From NCBI GenBank assembly GCA_054600435.1, contig BAAIJX010000040.1, positions 124,001 through 188,000 of the forward strand: a stretch of DNA of 64,000 nt, read 5' to 3'. A program made the position numbers and the translations under genes. The notes beneath the pieces were generated by a model that worked only from the letters and a program-made list of their open reading frames with translations, was not told where the DNA came from and searched no databases. Below are positions 36,150-47,696 of the stretch, one piece after another. The DNA comes from Neophaeotheca triangularis. Its lineage: Eukaryota. Each line of letters begins with the position of its first letter. Positions within the stretch are counted from its first letter, which is position 1.

Positions 36150-36758
36150 ATGTCCGGCGACGACATTCACCCCACGGGGCCCTCGCAGCCCACCCTCAAC
36201 CAAGCCTACACCACCCCAGGCAACCCGGCATCCAAAGAGCCCGCAGAGCAACTGCAAAGCGACATCAACTCGACCAGGGACACGCCTCAAGTGTGAGCAT
36301 AGCCAGACCAACCACATAACATCATTAAACAACCCCCCAATCTCACAACTTTGCTCTCCAGCGACAAGCGCATCCCCTCCGCCCAAACAACCTCCATCTC
36401 CGAAGCAACCCCCACCTCCGTCGCCCGTGGCATCCGCGGCGCCCCTCCCGGCGAAGAGACAAAAGGCTATACGCAAGAGCAAATGGGCCGCAAGCAAGAG
36501 CTGGAAGCCATGCAAATGGCCGCTCCGGGCGAGGACAAAATCGCCGATTCCGTCACTGCTGAGCACAAGTCCGGGGCTGCCGGCGGTGAGCAAGGGCTGG
36601 AGAGCGATTTGGATAGGAAGAAGCGCGAGCAGGCTCCTATGCGGGAGCAGGTCGAGGCTGAGCAGCAGAGGGAGACGGATGTTGGCGGTGTGCTGGGACA
36701 GAGAGGGGGGCCGGCAAATCCGGTGGATAAGAATGGGTACCCGAATGCTTCTTCTTGA
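36150..36758 (+). CDS. Small hydrophilic (hydrophilin/LEA-like) hypothetical protein, ~179 aa; exons 36150-36292, 36362-36758
   Basis: caaccATG start; 69-nt GTGAGC..CAG intron joins MSGDDIHPTG... to DKRIPSAQ...QMAAPGEDKIA...SDLDRKKREQ...DVGGVLGQRGGPA. G/E/Q/K-rich, no hydrophobic core. Confidence 0.75.
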
Positions 36759-37097
36759 GGGGAATGGGAGAAGCGAGCGTTGTGCGATGCTAGAGAGATA
36801 CCAACCAAAGGTGGCAAGCGTGTGTTCAAGTTCGGAAAGACTGTCTGCTGCCGCCGTGATACCTTCTGGCCATTTACTTGTATCGCTAAGCTGCAAGGCT
36901 ACAGTATGGAATATCATTTCGACAGCTGCATTTCAAACAACACGCGGTAACACCCCGACATGTACCACTACAGGGCGTGCTCTCCTCTCCATTCCTCAGG
37001 TTCAGCAATAAAACGAAGACCAATTCAACTACCTTTCCCCCTCCATCATCCATTACAGACCGTTTCCTTTAACCACCCCATCACCGCCAAATCCACA

Positions 37098-37369
37098 ATG
37101 GTGTCCTTGCCACCCACCAAACCATCTACCAATACGACAAATCCCTCCGCACGCATCCGACCCGCGTAACCTCCATCCAACCCCTGAGCGACCTATCAAC
37201 CCCACTCCGAGCCTCTTCAGAAACCTACCCCCAGACCCCCCATCCCCCTACCACGTCCTCGAAACAACCGAAACAATCTTCTACCCCCAACAACGTCGGC
37301 CGAGCCTGCGACACAGGCACCGTAACCACCACCACGATCCTCGCCTTCAACCGGGCGGTACTCGCTTAG
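37098..37369 (+). pseudogene. Frameshifted 5' remnant of an AlaX-like (alanyl-tRNA editing / ThrRS-AlaRS common domain) gene
   Basis: Stitching three frames gives MVSLPPTK/TIYQYDKSLRTHPTRVTSIQPLSDLSTPL/SLFRNL...YHVLETTETIFYPQ/..GRACDTGTV, resembling the TIFYPQGGGQPxDTG motif. About 3 frameshifts; no downstream HxxxH/CxxxH editing domain seen. Confidence 0.6.
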
Positions 37370-37884
37370 CCTAGATAGACTCAGCTACCCACCCAAATCT
37401 GATCCGAGTAGCCGGCCCTCCCCCCTCACCGAGCTACTGAGCCTGCAACCGCCTCGTTTCCGGGAGCATCGACCGCGAGTAAAGATAAGACAAGACATGG
37501 CAGAAAATGAAAATACCCAGACCAGGAAGTAGGTAGCCGGCAACAAGTGGTAGAAATGCTGGTAGCAGAAGCAAAAACCATGCGAACCATCCCGGGTTCT
37601 CCACGCTATTCGATGCAATACAAGCCTTCTACAAGCCCCAAACCGCAGCCGCCCTTTGTCGCCACCCCGAGCGAGCTCGAAACTCGTTTCGAGAGAGGCG
37701 GAACGCGGCACGGCAATTCGGCCGCGTACACACTGTTGATAGACACCTCGACGGATGGAATAGGAGGTAGTACTTGCCACGCAATCGGCCCCCCCATGGT
37801 CAAGGAAACCACGCCTCCCGGTCCCCTGGCTCAAAAGCAGCCCCCACAGTCACGCCTCCACTACTCGGTACCCCCGCCTGCGCT

Positions 37885-39330
37885 CTAAGCACCAGCACCA
37901 GCACCACCAGAGCAATACCCCGCGCACGCCTCGCAGACCAGCGCCCTCGCCACCGCCTGCTCGAAAGCCGCAGCTTCCACTTGGCGCACATACTGCACCG
38001 GCCTCAAGTTCTGCGCTCGCGATTGGTTCGTGGCCGAGTACGCCATGATGTTGCCGTAGTAGGGGCTGTTCCAGGCGGTGTCGACGGTGACGTGGACTTG
38101 CGGGGAGAGGAGGTTAGGGTTGTGGAGGAGCTAGAGTGGCTGGGGGATTGGGGGGCTTACAGGAGGTGCTGTTGGTGATTTTGCTGGGTTGGAGGACTGG
38201 GAAGATTGCCAGGGGGTCCCAGTAGGGGAGGTTTGAGGGGTAGTTTTCCGCGAAGAGCGTGGTGTAAGGGTAGCTGGAGTTGGTGGAGGAGAGGGTTGTT
38301 TTGAAGTCTTGGGTCGGTTGGAGCTGGTTGGCGCCGTTGCCTACTAGGGCTGTTTTTGGGGGGTTGGTGTTGGTTTAGTGGATTCTAGGGGGCTGTGGGT
38401 TCGGGTGTGGTACACGTACTGATGTTGGGGAAATCGGCGGTCAAGGCGATTTTGGCCGCTTCGGGGTCGACTTTGAGGTTGATCTGGGGTACGGATATCT
38501 CGTTAGTGATGCTCGCTATTCCGGGAATTTTTGCTCCAAAGCAGAGATGTTGATACTCACATCAGAATTAATGTCCACCAACCCTTCTCCCCCTTCTAGT
38601 CGCAGCAGCATGACATCAATGTAACCCCCCATCTGCACTAACCCCTTGGTCAATGACGCAAATTCCGGATCCATGCGCACCGCCAGGGCGACATTGGTTA
38701 GGCTGCCGCCGCTGAAGATTGTAACTTGGTGGGGGAAGGCGTGCACTTGGTCTATCATCCATCTCGCCGCTTGCTCCCCGGCGAGAGTGGTGTTGGGGTA
38801 GCCTTGGATGAAGGCCTCGGGGACGATGCGGGAGGGGTCGCCTGAGGTGGGATCCGTACCGAGGGCTTCGGCTGTTGTATTCAGGGGGGCAAAGACGCCT
38901 TGCTGGGTTTAGGGGATTGGGTTAGGATGCTGGGAGGTTGTTTTTGTTTGAGGGGTGATGAGGGGTGATGAGGGTTGGAGGTAATCTTGTCACTTACGTA
39001 CGGCAGCTGCCCGTTCAACGTCTCCCAGGTTCGGTGCAGTTCGGGAGTGTTGAGGAGAGGGTAATCGGCGCCTTTGTGGACGGGGATGCAGGAGAGTCCG
39101 CCTATTTCTAACAAGGAGAGGGCATGGTAGCTGGCCTGTCGTGACCAGGAGTTGGCTGTGTTGCCGACTAGACCTAAAACTTCCCAGCCGGCATCGATGG
39201 CTAGGAGGAAGGTGAGGTAGGCATCGGAGTTGAAGTCGTTTTCGATGATGATTTTGGGTTTTGGGGCTTCTGTTGCCGTCGATGTGGTGGCGAGGAAGAG
39301 GCTCGCTGTGAGGGCGGTGGGGAAACGCAT
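37885..39330 (-). CDS. Secreted inosine/uridine-preferring nucleoside hydrolase family protein, ~379 aa; exons 39330-38998, 38902-38561, 38483-38420, 38349-38161, 38096-37885
   Basis: Signal peptide MRFPTALTASLFLATTSTA; KIIIENDF, IPVHKGADYPLL, GGSLTNVALAVRMDP, MGGY, NLKVDPEAAKI, YWDP, VDTAWNSPYYG. Four introns keep frame (last acceptor is AAG). Confidence 0.85.
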
Positions 39331-39772
39331 TTTGTTACTTGTAACGGTATCGATCGAAGCAGTGTTTTGGTTGGTTTTGCTGCTTTTGCTAGGTATGCGG
39401 GTTTTATAGATGGTTGACAATCAGACGGACCGTTTGTTGGGCGAGAGAGGTAGTGTGACGTTGATGTACTTGAACGACTCCACCCATTGGATTGTCCGAT
39501 GATTAAAGTTTACTTTGCTCTAGAGATGAAGTTCATCATCATTCTTGTTTACAGCAAGATAAGATACCTACCTTGTTCATCGCATGTCAAATTTCCTATA
39601 GAGGTCGTACCATGCTCTTGATGTCTGCCCTCTGTTGATGGGAGTGCTCGTTTTTGTACCGGCTCACATCCATCGACAAGAAGAGCTTAAGGTTAGCTTC
39701 AGCGTTAGATGAGCAGCAGTATAAGGTACCTATCGACCGAGTACAATTGCCGTACACAGATAGGGAAGACTT

Positions 39773-39860
39773 TATATATACATACGTATATATATATATA
39801 TATATATATATATACCCCTTACTATAGGTACTGTACTGTACTGCACTGCACTGTACTGTA
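39773..39860. repeat. (TA)n microsatellite followed by a (GTACT/GCACT)n pentamer run in the divergent promoter
   Basis: tatatatatatatatatatatatatata then gtactgtactgtactgcactgcactgtactgta. Confidence 0.9.
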
Positions 39861-40098
39861 TTTAGTAGTTACTCGTTGCTTGGCAGTTGTCGGGTCTTGT
39901 GTTGCCCCAACGACGAAGCGCGTAAACATCAAAATCCGGGGAAGGACGCGCTGGCTGAGACTTGGAACAATTGAATGTCATGGAAGCAACAAATCCAAGT
40001 GGAAGAGCTTGACCAAGTTGAAGTCAGACACCACCTGCACTCACTAATCACTTCCAATTCACACTCTGACATAGAATTGGGACAACAATACATCCAAC

Positions 40099-42799
40099 AT
40101 GCAAGTCCAAACGCCGCAGAGTCCCGTCTCAGCAGCACGGCAACAACGACCTCACCACCAACGCAGCAAATCCTCAAACATCTTCCGCGCTTTGGTCTCA
40201 CCCAAGTCACGAGCAGCTTCCCCAGAACCCAATGACAGGACCGAATACGTCGATGTCAGCAAAAGAACCCAACAAGTGCCTCTACTGCCACCTGACCATC
40301 CCCATACCACCAAGACCCAACCACTAGGCGAGCGCAATGGCAACGTCCAATCTCCCCCTGCCTCGCCCAGGCGGCGGGAGAGGAAGGCTCAAGATCCAGA
40401 AGAGCGCAAGGCACGGAGCAGGAGCAAGCCCCGAAAAGAAAACGACACAAAACCCTCGGGCAGTCCCAAGAAATCGAAATCCTCCACCAGCTTGTCTGCA
40501 ATGTTCTCCAAGATGAACCGGTCGAGTAAGGATCTATCCCAGGTCACTTCCAAGGACAAGGAGAACGCAACGCCCCCTTCATCAGCAACAGAATCTTCTG
40601 AAACACCAACCTGGGCCCAAGACTCGAGTGAAGAAAGAGGTCGTCCGAGCACCAGAGATGGCACGTCTTCGCATGATCTTCTTAATGAGATTGAGAGGTA
40701 CACGCCGCAAGAGTATTCGCCTTCCAAGCAGCAGGACTACAACGGATCTCTCGAACAACCTGCGCTTCGACCTACCCTCTGCAGCCGACCACAGAGCGCG
40801 TATGCGCAAGGTTCGGATGGTATCCTCGACGCTATTGGTCGGAGAGTCAGTGGACCAAGAAAGTCAGAAGATTCAGGCAGGAGAAGAGGCGGTGAATCGG
40901 AACGTCGCGTGTCTGTCGAGAGACCTGCATTTTTCAAAAGAGCAAGCACAGATCGTAAAGTCAGTGGGAGTAGTGCAGAACAAGCCGCACCAGCCAAAGA
41001 GAAGATCACTGTTGCGAAGCGAGGAGCTAGGGTCATGGCAGCTGTTGCGGCATTTCAGGGAAAGGCAAAAGAGGCGCAGGGTGCCAAAGAAGAGCCAAGG
41101 TTGGATTCAAAAGCTGTCGATTCGCAGTTTGAGGCGGTGTTGGATTCGAGGAACATACCCGAGCCGATGAGGCAGAAGATGCGGAACTTGACTCTCAGGG
41201 TAAAGGCGGACTTCATCAAGCAAGACAAGGGTACGAAATCCGCTGGCGGGGATAACGATGGCACTGTCGAAGTGGACGAGACACCTACGGTAACGGGTAC
41301 GGGGCGAGAAATAGACGACAAGGAAGATGAAGAAGATGCAAAAGCTACCAAGCGTTCGAGAGCGAGAAGCCGAACCTTTACCTTTTCCAAGGGTGACAAA
41401 CGTGGCGATGGGTCTCCGTCCAAGAAGCAGCGCTCGCAAAGCAAAAGCAGACCAACTTCAATCCACATACCGAAAGAAACGACCATCACCGCCGAGCCTG
41501 GACCTGGAACCCCAAAGAGCTTGTTAAGTCGAAGGAGCGCGGGTCCGACCTCACCAGCGGATTTTATCAAATACCTACGCAAGGAACAAGACCCTACGAA
41601 GGTGGAAGTCGGACGTATGCATAAGCTCCGCATTCTCCTTCGCAACGAGACAGTCGCTTGGGTAGATTCCTTCATCTCACAAGATGGCATGACCGAGATT
41701 GTGGGATTATTGCACCGCATCATGGCCATAGAATGGCGTGAAGAACACGAAGACCAACTCCTTCATGAAACACTCCTATGCATGAAGGGACTGTGCACAA
41801 CCGAACGCGCCTTGACCGAGCTGGAAAAAGTCGCCGATCGCCTCTTCCCAGCCCTCATAGCCATGCTCTTTGACGAGGAGAAGAAGGGTCCGGCAGAGTA
41901 CACGACGAGAACAGTCATCATCAACATGCTGTGTAAGTAGACCCATTTACTCCACGTATGCCTCCCGACTAACCCTCTCCATCCCCATAGTCACCTTCCT
42001 CTCCTCATGCACGACCTCGCCTCCAGATGTCCTCGAAGCCCGCGCCCGCCGCATCCTCACCTACCTCGGCGAGCCTTCAAAACCCGAAACCGACCGCCCG
42101 GTCAACTTCGTCCTGGACATGCACCAACCGCGCCCGTATAAACTCTGGAACCGCGAAGTCAGCAATGTGACCAAAGAAGTCTTCTGGATCTTTCTGCACC
42201 ACGCCAACGTCATCCCACTGCCAGATCCCACTACCGCAACCAACATGACACCAACAACCACAACTCCCACCGAAAACTCTCAACCCTCGCTATCTAACCC
42301 CTCCTACACCGCAACCCATTTCCCGCGGCCCCGTCCCCCAGTCCCCGCAGCCCCCTACATCGGCGGCGTAGAATGGGACGCGACAACCTACCTGACCTCA
42401 CACCTCGACCTCCTCAACGGCCTCCTCGCGTCCCTTCCCGCCCTCGAAACCCGCAATTCCCTACGCTCCGAACTCCGCGCTTCGGGCTTTGAAAAGTGCA
42501 TGGGCGGCACGCTGCGCACTTGCAAAGCCAAATTCTACAGTGGCGTGCATGACGGCTTGGGGGTCTGGGTCTGCGCCTCACAGGAAGATGGATGGGGGAC
42601 AGCGGCTGTGAGAACGGGGGTTTTTGGGGAGGAGCAGCAGCAGCAGCGTGGGAGCCCTAGGAAAGGCCTTGTTGGTGGCGTGAAGGGGAAAGGGGAGGCC
42701 GCGCCCAAGTTGGAATTGCCGGGTTTGATTGGGCTCGGGGAGGGAGGGAGAGCGGGGGTTGGCGGTGAGAAGGTTGAGGATGAGGGGTGGCTTGGCTGA
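40099..42799 (+). CDS. rid1: Formin-type GTPase-binding (GBD/FH3) protein lacking FH1/FH2, Rid1-like, ~880 aa; exons 40099-41932, 41991-42799
   Basis: VDSQFEAVLDSRNIPEPMRQKMR, HKLRILLRNETVAWVDSFI, EWREEHEDQLLHETLLCMKGL, PYIGGVEWDATTYL, RSELRASGFEK. 58-nt GTAAGT..CTAAC..TAG intron. Confidence 0.8.
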
Positions 42800-43446
42800 G
42801 ATTTGATGAGGGTTTTCCCTTCTTTCTTTTTTTCTTTTTTTCTCTGCCCCTTCTTTCTGGGTGGGTTTCATGAATGGTTTTGACGATGGCGGTTGGGATC
42901 GTGGGTTTAAATTGGTTTGGTATGGTTTGGCGATTTTGTCGCGTTTTTTGGCAGAGGTTGGGTACCTTTACCTACCTATGAATGGGGTGTTTTTCGCGTT
43001 TTGACCTGTCGTTTTTTTTAAGTCTTTTGTGGGTGGGGGGTTTCTTTTTTTCCTCATCTCCATCTCATGCTAGCATCGCAGCAACGTCGCAAAGAGAAAC
43101 CCCAATTTTCTCGAACCTCATGCCCTCACTCATCTCACGCCGCCTCCCGTAGAGCTAGCCTGGTTCCCCAGGTCGTCGTGGTGGTGATTGGTCGCGGTTC
43201 CTTGGGATTTTCAAGGGGTAAAAGGCGAGGCCCCTGACGGGTCGGGGAATGGTTGTACCCACCCGTTGGTGAGATTTGCCAGTTTGTGATCTTGTAGGAC
43301 AATGATGATGGATCCTACTAACGATCTCTACACAGTAAACTACACATCACATCCAGGCAAACCGGGTAGAAATAGCGGGTTCACATTCATATCTACTTTT
43401 GTACATGTATATCGAATACCACCCGTATCCTCGTCTCCTCCTCTGC

Positions 43447-45391
43447 TCAGGCGTCCAGAACAACCCCTTGCTCCTTCGACATGGGCGGTACGCCGTCCTC
43501 GAGCTCGCCAAAAGGCACGGCCTCATACTCGCCAAAACAGGCGTGTTCGTACTGACTCGCCTCCAGCATACCCTCCTGGATTTCGAGAAAAGTCTGCAAT
43601 TCGCACCATCCGTCGTCGCGCTCGCCGCAAGCGGGAAAACTCCTGCCGAGTGGGATGGTGCGCTGGTTGAGGACAAAATGCACATAACGTGTCTCGCCTC
43701 CGGCGGACTCGTCGTAGTTGTTGCCGTCTTTGCGGTTGCCGTTGAGGGGGTGCGGGGTGGAGATGATTTCGATATCGAGGCGGGCGGCAAAGGGCTCCAG
43801 GTGCGAGACTATGAGCTCGTGGGTGGCGGGGATGTGGGTGGTGGGAAGCGGGCGGGAGAATTGCGTCAGCCCGAAAGCGGTCAGGATTGACATGATGTTT
43901 GTGTCGTGAGAGAAGTCGAAGTTGAGGGTTTGGTTGAGGGGGAAGGTGGCGGTGTTATTGTCGAGGGTGACGTTGACTTGGGCGGTGGGCGTGGTTATGG
44001 TGTGGTGGGAGAGGCGGGCAAGAATTTCGGATACGTAGCCGATTCCGATTGCGCGGCCGGTGGGGGACTGGAAGGCATTGTTGCCGGCGAAGGAGAGATC
44101 GATGCTGTATTCGTAGCCTTGCCATTCTGGGTAGGTAAAAAGGTCGCAGAAGGCGCTGTAGCCTAGGGCGACGGTTTCGTAGGCGCAGAGGGATTGGGCG
44201 TTGTAGCTGAGAGAGTGTTAGTCTTCGAATAGATTATGCTTTCATTTCTTGACCTCACCTATCCTCGATCGTCCAGTTGAATTCAGGGCTGACGAGGGGG
44301 GCCAGACGAGCGGTGGCGTTGGCGAGGTAGGTCTCGTACCAAGCGATGCTGGCATTGGTACCACCATTGTTGGCAGGTTTGTTGGAATTGGGACAATTGA
44401 AATAGCCGGCGAGAGAATTATTCCACGGGCCACCGGAGCGGGATTCAATCTGCAGGAGGAGCGTGGCGTTGGAAGTCCAGTCCAGGCCAAAGAATCCCGA
44501 GAGGAAGTATTCGGCGCTGTTGGTCATGCGGTCCTGGGTAGTACTGCGAGCGAGAATCTTGCTGCCGTCGTTTGGATAGAGATGGCCGTACTGGTATTGG
44601 TGAAGCGTGCCAGAGTCGAAAAGTTCCTGCTTGCCAATGGGAACAAGAATCTCCGCGCCCAGCTTATAATTCCAATGGTTCAAAAACTCAAGAGCTCCGC
44701 TAAAAGTAACGTTACCAAGAGTGCCGTCGGTGTAGTTTGTGAGTTTGGCGGCCAGCTCGGGAGCGCCAGAACCCGTGGTCGGGTACCTGGCGCCGTGTCT
44801 ATGTAGCATATTGAGCTGTACTATGCTGGCTTCGGCTGGGAGTGAGTATTCTTCCACGCCGAAGCCATCTGGGTTGGGGAAGTAGTGGGATAGCTGGCCT
44901 TGCAGGTGGAAGATGTTGCCGTTGTTGTCATTGCCTTGGATTGGGACTTGAGTTTCCAAGGGCTGTGGCGGGATGTACGTGGTCGATGCAAAGGGTGCTG
45001 GATTGGATTCTGCTAGGAAAGCTGCTTCTCCTGTGGGTGTTGGTCCAGGGTAGCGCTCGGGTTTGTCGGTTTGGAAGTAGTAGTCCGGTTGGCTGTCGGA
45101 GAGATGCGATGGTTTGTGGTGTTGGGGTAGTACGCCCGCTTCCACCAGACCAGCGCCGAGGACAAAGTGTTTGTACAGCATGATGAATTGTACTAGAATG
45201 ATGGCAAACAGAATGATTTGAGCAACGAAGGAGACGCGCTGTGACACTAGACTCCAAAAAGCGCGAGGCCGATAGGGCTGGTGGTCGATAGTAATGGCTG
45301 GCGATGGACGACGCTTTGTATCCAGAGCTTCATCCCGGTGCATGTCGCTGTCGGCGGGTGGTGGGGATGGTCCGGCGTGATGGGTATGCAT
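43447..45391 (-). CDS. Histidine acid phosphatase / 3-phytase family, N-terminal TM anchor, ~630 aa; exons 45391-44259, 44206-43447
   Basis: RHGARYP catalytic motif and FSHD motif; LCAYET; 52-nt GTGAGG..CTAAC..CAG intron; hydrophobic segment FVAQIILFAIILVQFIMLY. Confidence 0.92.
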
Positions 45392-45935
45392 CACAGACGC
45401 TAGCCAGCTCCTCTAACGACAGTATAGGAAGTTGGACAGGAGATATGGTTTGCGTAGTGAGAGGGGTTGTAGTAGTAACTTGTAACTTTGTATCATCCGA
45501 CTTGCCGGTGGAACTGAAAGGCGGTTGGCGGTTGCTTCACGTGCCTTGGCTTGACTTGCATTGATTTGACGGCCGTTGATGCCATCAAGGTCGCGAACGG
45601 CGACATGAGGTTGAGATAAGCCCGCGGCGTAAGCATGCCGAGCCTTACAAGCATCTCGAGCACGTGTTGGGCATACCTGAGGTATACCTAAGGTTGTTCA
45701 TCGAAAAGGTACTTTACTAGTAGGTACCGTACACAGTGAATGATGGCCATGCGGATCCAGGCTTTGAGGTGAGCATCCTAAAGGCATCAACGATAGAGGT
45801 ACTAGTATCGATACAAGGGAGAGCCTTCTCAATCTTCTATAGCACACGGTAGGAGTATTCGTTGCAACGTCGAAATTTCTTGCTACGTATGTCTATCTAT
45901 ACTACCACCTAGCATCCCCAACCATGTTCCACGAC

Positions 45936-47045
45936 CTATTGCAGAGCAGTAATCAACTTACCCGTGTTACCACCCTCAAACAGCTTCATCCAAGTCGCAG
46001 GCACATCATCAAACCCGGCCTTGACAATCTGCTCACCGCCCTCAACCTTCAACTTGCCCTCAGCGATTGCCTTTTTGAAAACATCAATAGCCTCGCCCGC
46101 CCTGTGGATGAAGTCCAAGACAATAAACCCCTTGATCTCAATCCTCATGCTGATAACCTCGAACCAATTCTTAATCCCTGTCGTCCTCTCCTTGGAATTG
46201 TTGTACTCGGCAACTGCACCACAAGCCACAACGCGCCCATACTTGGCCATGCGCGTGAGCATAAAGTCCAAAATCTCCCCTCCAACATTGTCGTAATAGA
46301 CATTGGCCCACCCCTCGGTGGCCTTGGCCAATTGCTCCCTGAAACCTTGCGCCTTGTAATCCACACACACATCCGCCCCCAAGCCCTCTACCCACTTGCA
46401 CTTGGCCTCGCCGCCGGCAATACCCACAACCTTCTTGCACCCCAAAATCTTCTTCGCAATCTGCACAACCATGCTCCCGGTCGCGCCCGCCGCGCCAGAA
46501 ACCACGACAACATCATCCTTGGTCGCCCGCCCAATCTCCGTAATCCCAAACCACGCCGTCAACCCGGTCCCGCCCAGCGCACCGAGATAATGCGTCCTGC
46601 CCAACCCGCCAGGCAACTCGGGGGCAGCATTGACCGCCCCGGCATCGAGCACGGCATATTGCGTCCAGCCCATCGACGCCTGCACCCAATCGCCCTTTGC
46701 GAACTTGTCGCTCGTGCTCTCGACCACTTGTCCGAGGCCGCGCGCGTACATGGGAGCGCCGACGGGCACCGGCGCGACGTACAGGCGCTCCGGGTTGATG
46801 TCTGGGCTGATCCAGCCGCGTTGCGCCGGGTCGTTGGAGAGGTAGACGGTTTGGAGGAGGACTTGGTTGGCTTGCAGGGCCGGGAGGGTGGTGGTTTGTT
46901 GTTTGAATGTTGCGTTGGGGCCGCTGAGGATTGGGGTGTCGGTGGGTTTTTGGGAGAGGACCCATTGTTTGGTTTCTTGAGGCATGGTGGTGGTCGTGGT
47001 TGGCGTGGTCGTTTCGCTGGCGTTGATTTTGGCTCTGAGCGGCAT
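45936..47045 (-). CDS. NADP-dependent oxidoreductase, MDR family (prostaglandin reductase/LTB4DH-like)
   Basis: YLSNDPAQRGWI, GALGGTGLTAWFG, VVSGAAGATGS, YYDNVGGEIL, LFEGGNTGKL. The start may instead be the downstream MPQETKQW. Confidence 0.9.
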   Translation of the reverse strand: MPLRAKINASETTTPTTTTTMPQETKQWVLSQKPTDTPILSGPNATFKQQTTTLPALQANQVLLQTVYLSNDPAQRGWISPDINPERLYVAPVPVGAPMYARGLGQVVESTSDKFAKGDWVQASMGWTQYAVLDAGAVNAAPELPGGLGRTHYLGALGGTGLTAWFGITEIGRATKDDVVVVSGAAGATGSMVVQIAKKILGCKKVVGIAGGEAKCKWVEGLGADVCVDYKAQGFREQLAKATEGWANVYYDNVGGEILDFMLTRMAKYGRVVACGAVAEYNNSKERTTGIKNWFEVISMRIEIKGFIVLDFIHRAGEAIDVFKKAIAEGKLKVEGGEQIVKAGFDDVPATWMKLFEGGNTGKLITALQ

Positions 47046-47696
47046 GCGGTTGTTGAGTTGGGTTGGTTTGGTAAGTTTTATGCTGAGTCTTTTGAACGTT
47101 TTTGAGTTGGTCGTTATTTGGGAGAAGAGACGGATCTCTCTATATATACCTCATGTTCTGAGAAACTGCCTTACCGCTTCAATCATCAAACCGAGGTTAG
47201 ACCCGGTAAACATTTCGTCATTTGCATAAAAAGCGAGCTGCTTGGTAAGAGGCGATGTATAACGTGGATATCTTCTTGCATAAACGAGTCTCGTTAGCTA
47301 TGCGGCGCACATCTCAACAACGACTCTTTTCATTAGGTGTTATTAGATGGAGGTGATGTATAGCGTGTACCTTAAGACTTCTCCAAAGTGTCGATAACTT
47401 CCGACGTTAGTACAACGACTTTGTGGCTAATGCAGCTGGGTGGGATGTTTTGATTGAACCAAGTACGTCAACGAGATAGGGGCTCGGGAAGGTAACAAAA
47501 TGCCTGATCGCTTTGTCGGCGATCGTTCAGATGCCTATTCCTAGCGAGAGGTATTGATTATTGCCTCCGGCTCCACTCACAAGAACTCAACACCAAGTCC
47601 AAAAACAAAACCCAGTGGCCGCATTCGCCTAAATACATTTACAGCCATTGAACCATCAAATCCCCAGCACCATCCATGACATCCATCCCAACCCCC

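Noticed and set aside
35848..37011. 387-aa plus ORF and 270-aa minus ORF
   Set aside because: Alternative-frame or antisense overlaps of the spliced 36150-36758 gene in stop-poor C-rich DNA.
43020..43330. Short stems and an ATGATGA box C-like word in the convergent 3' gap
   Set aside because: No matching box D, terminal stem or known ncRNA consensus; short stems are expected in skewed sequence.
45924..47105. 393-aa plus-strand ORF
   Set aside because: Antisense shadow of the MDR oxidoreductase.
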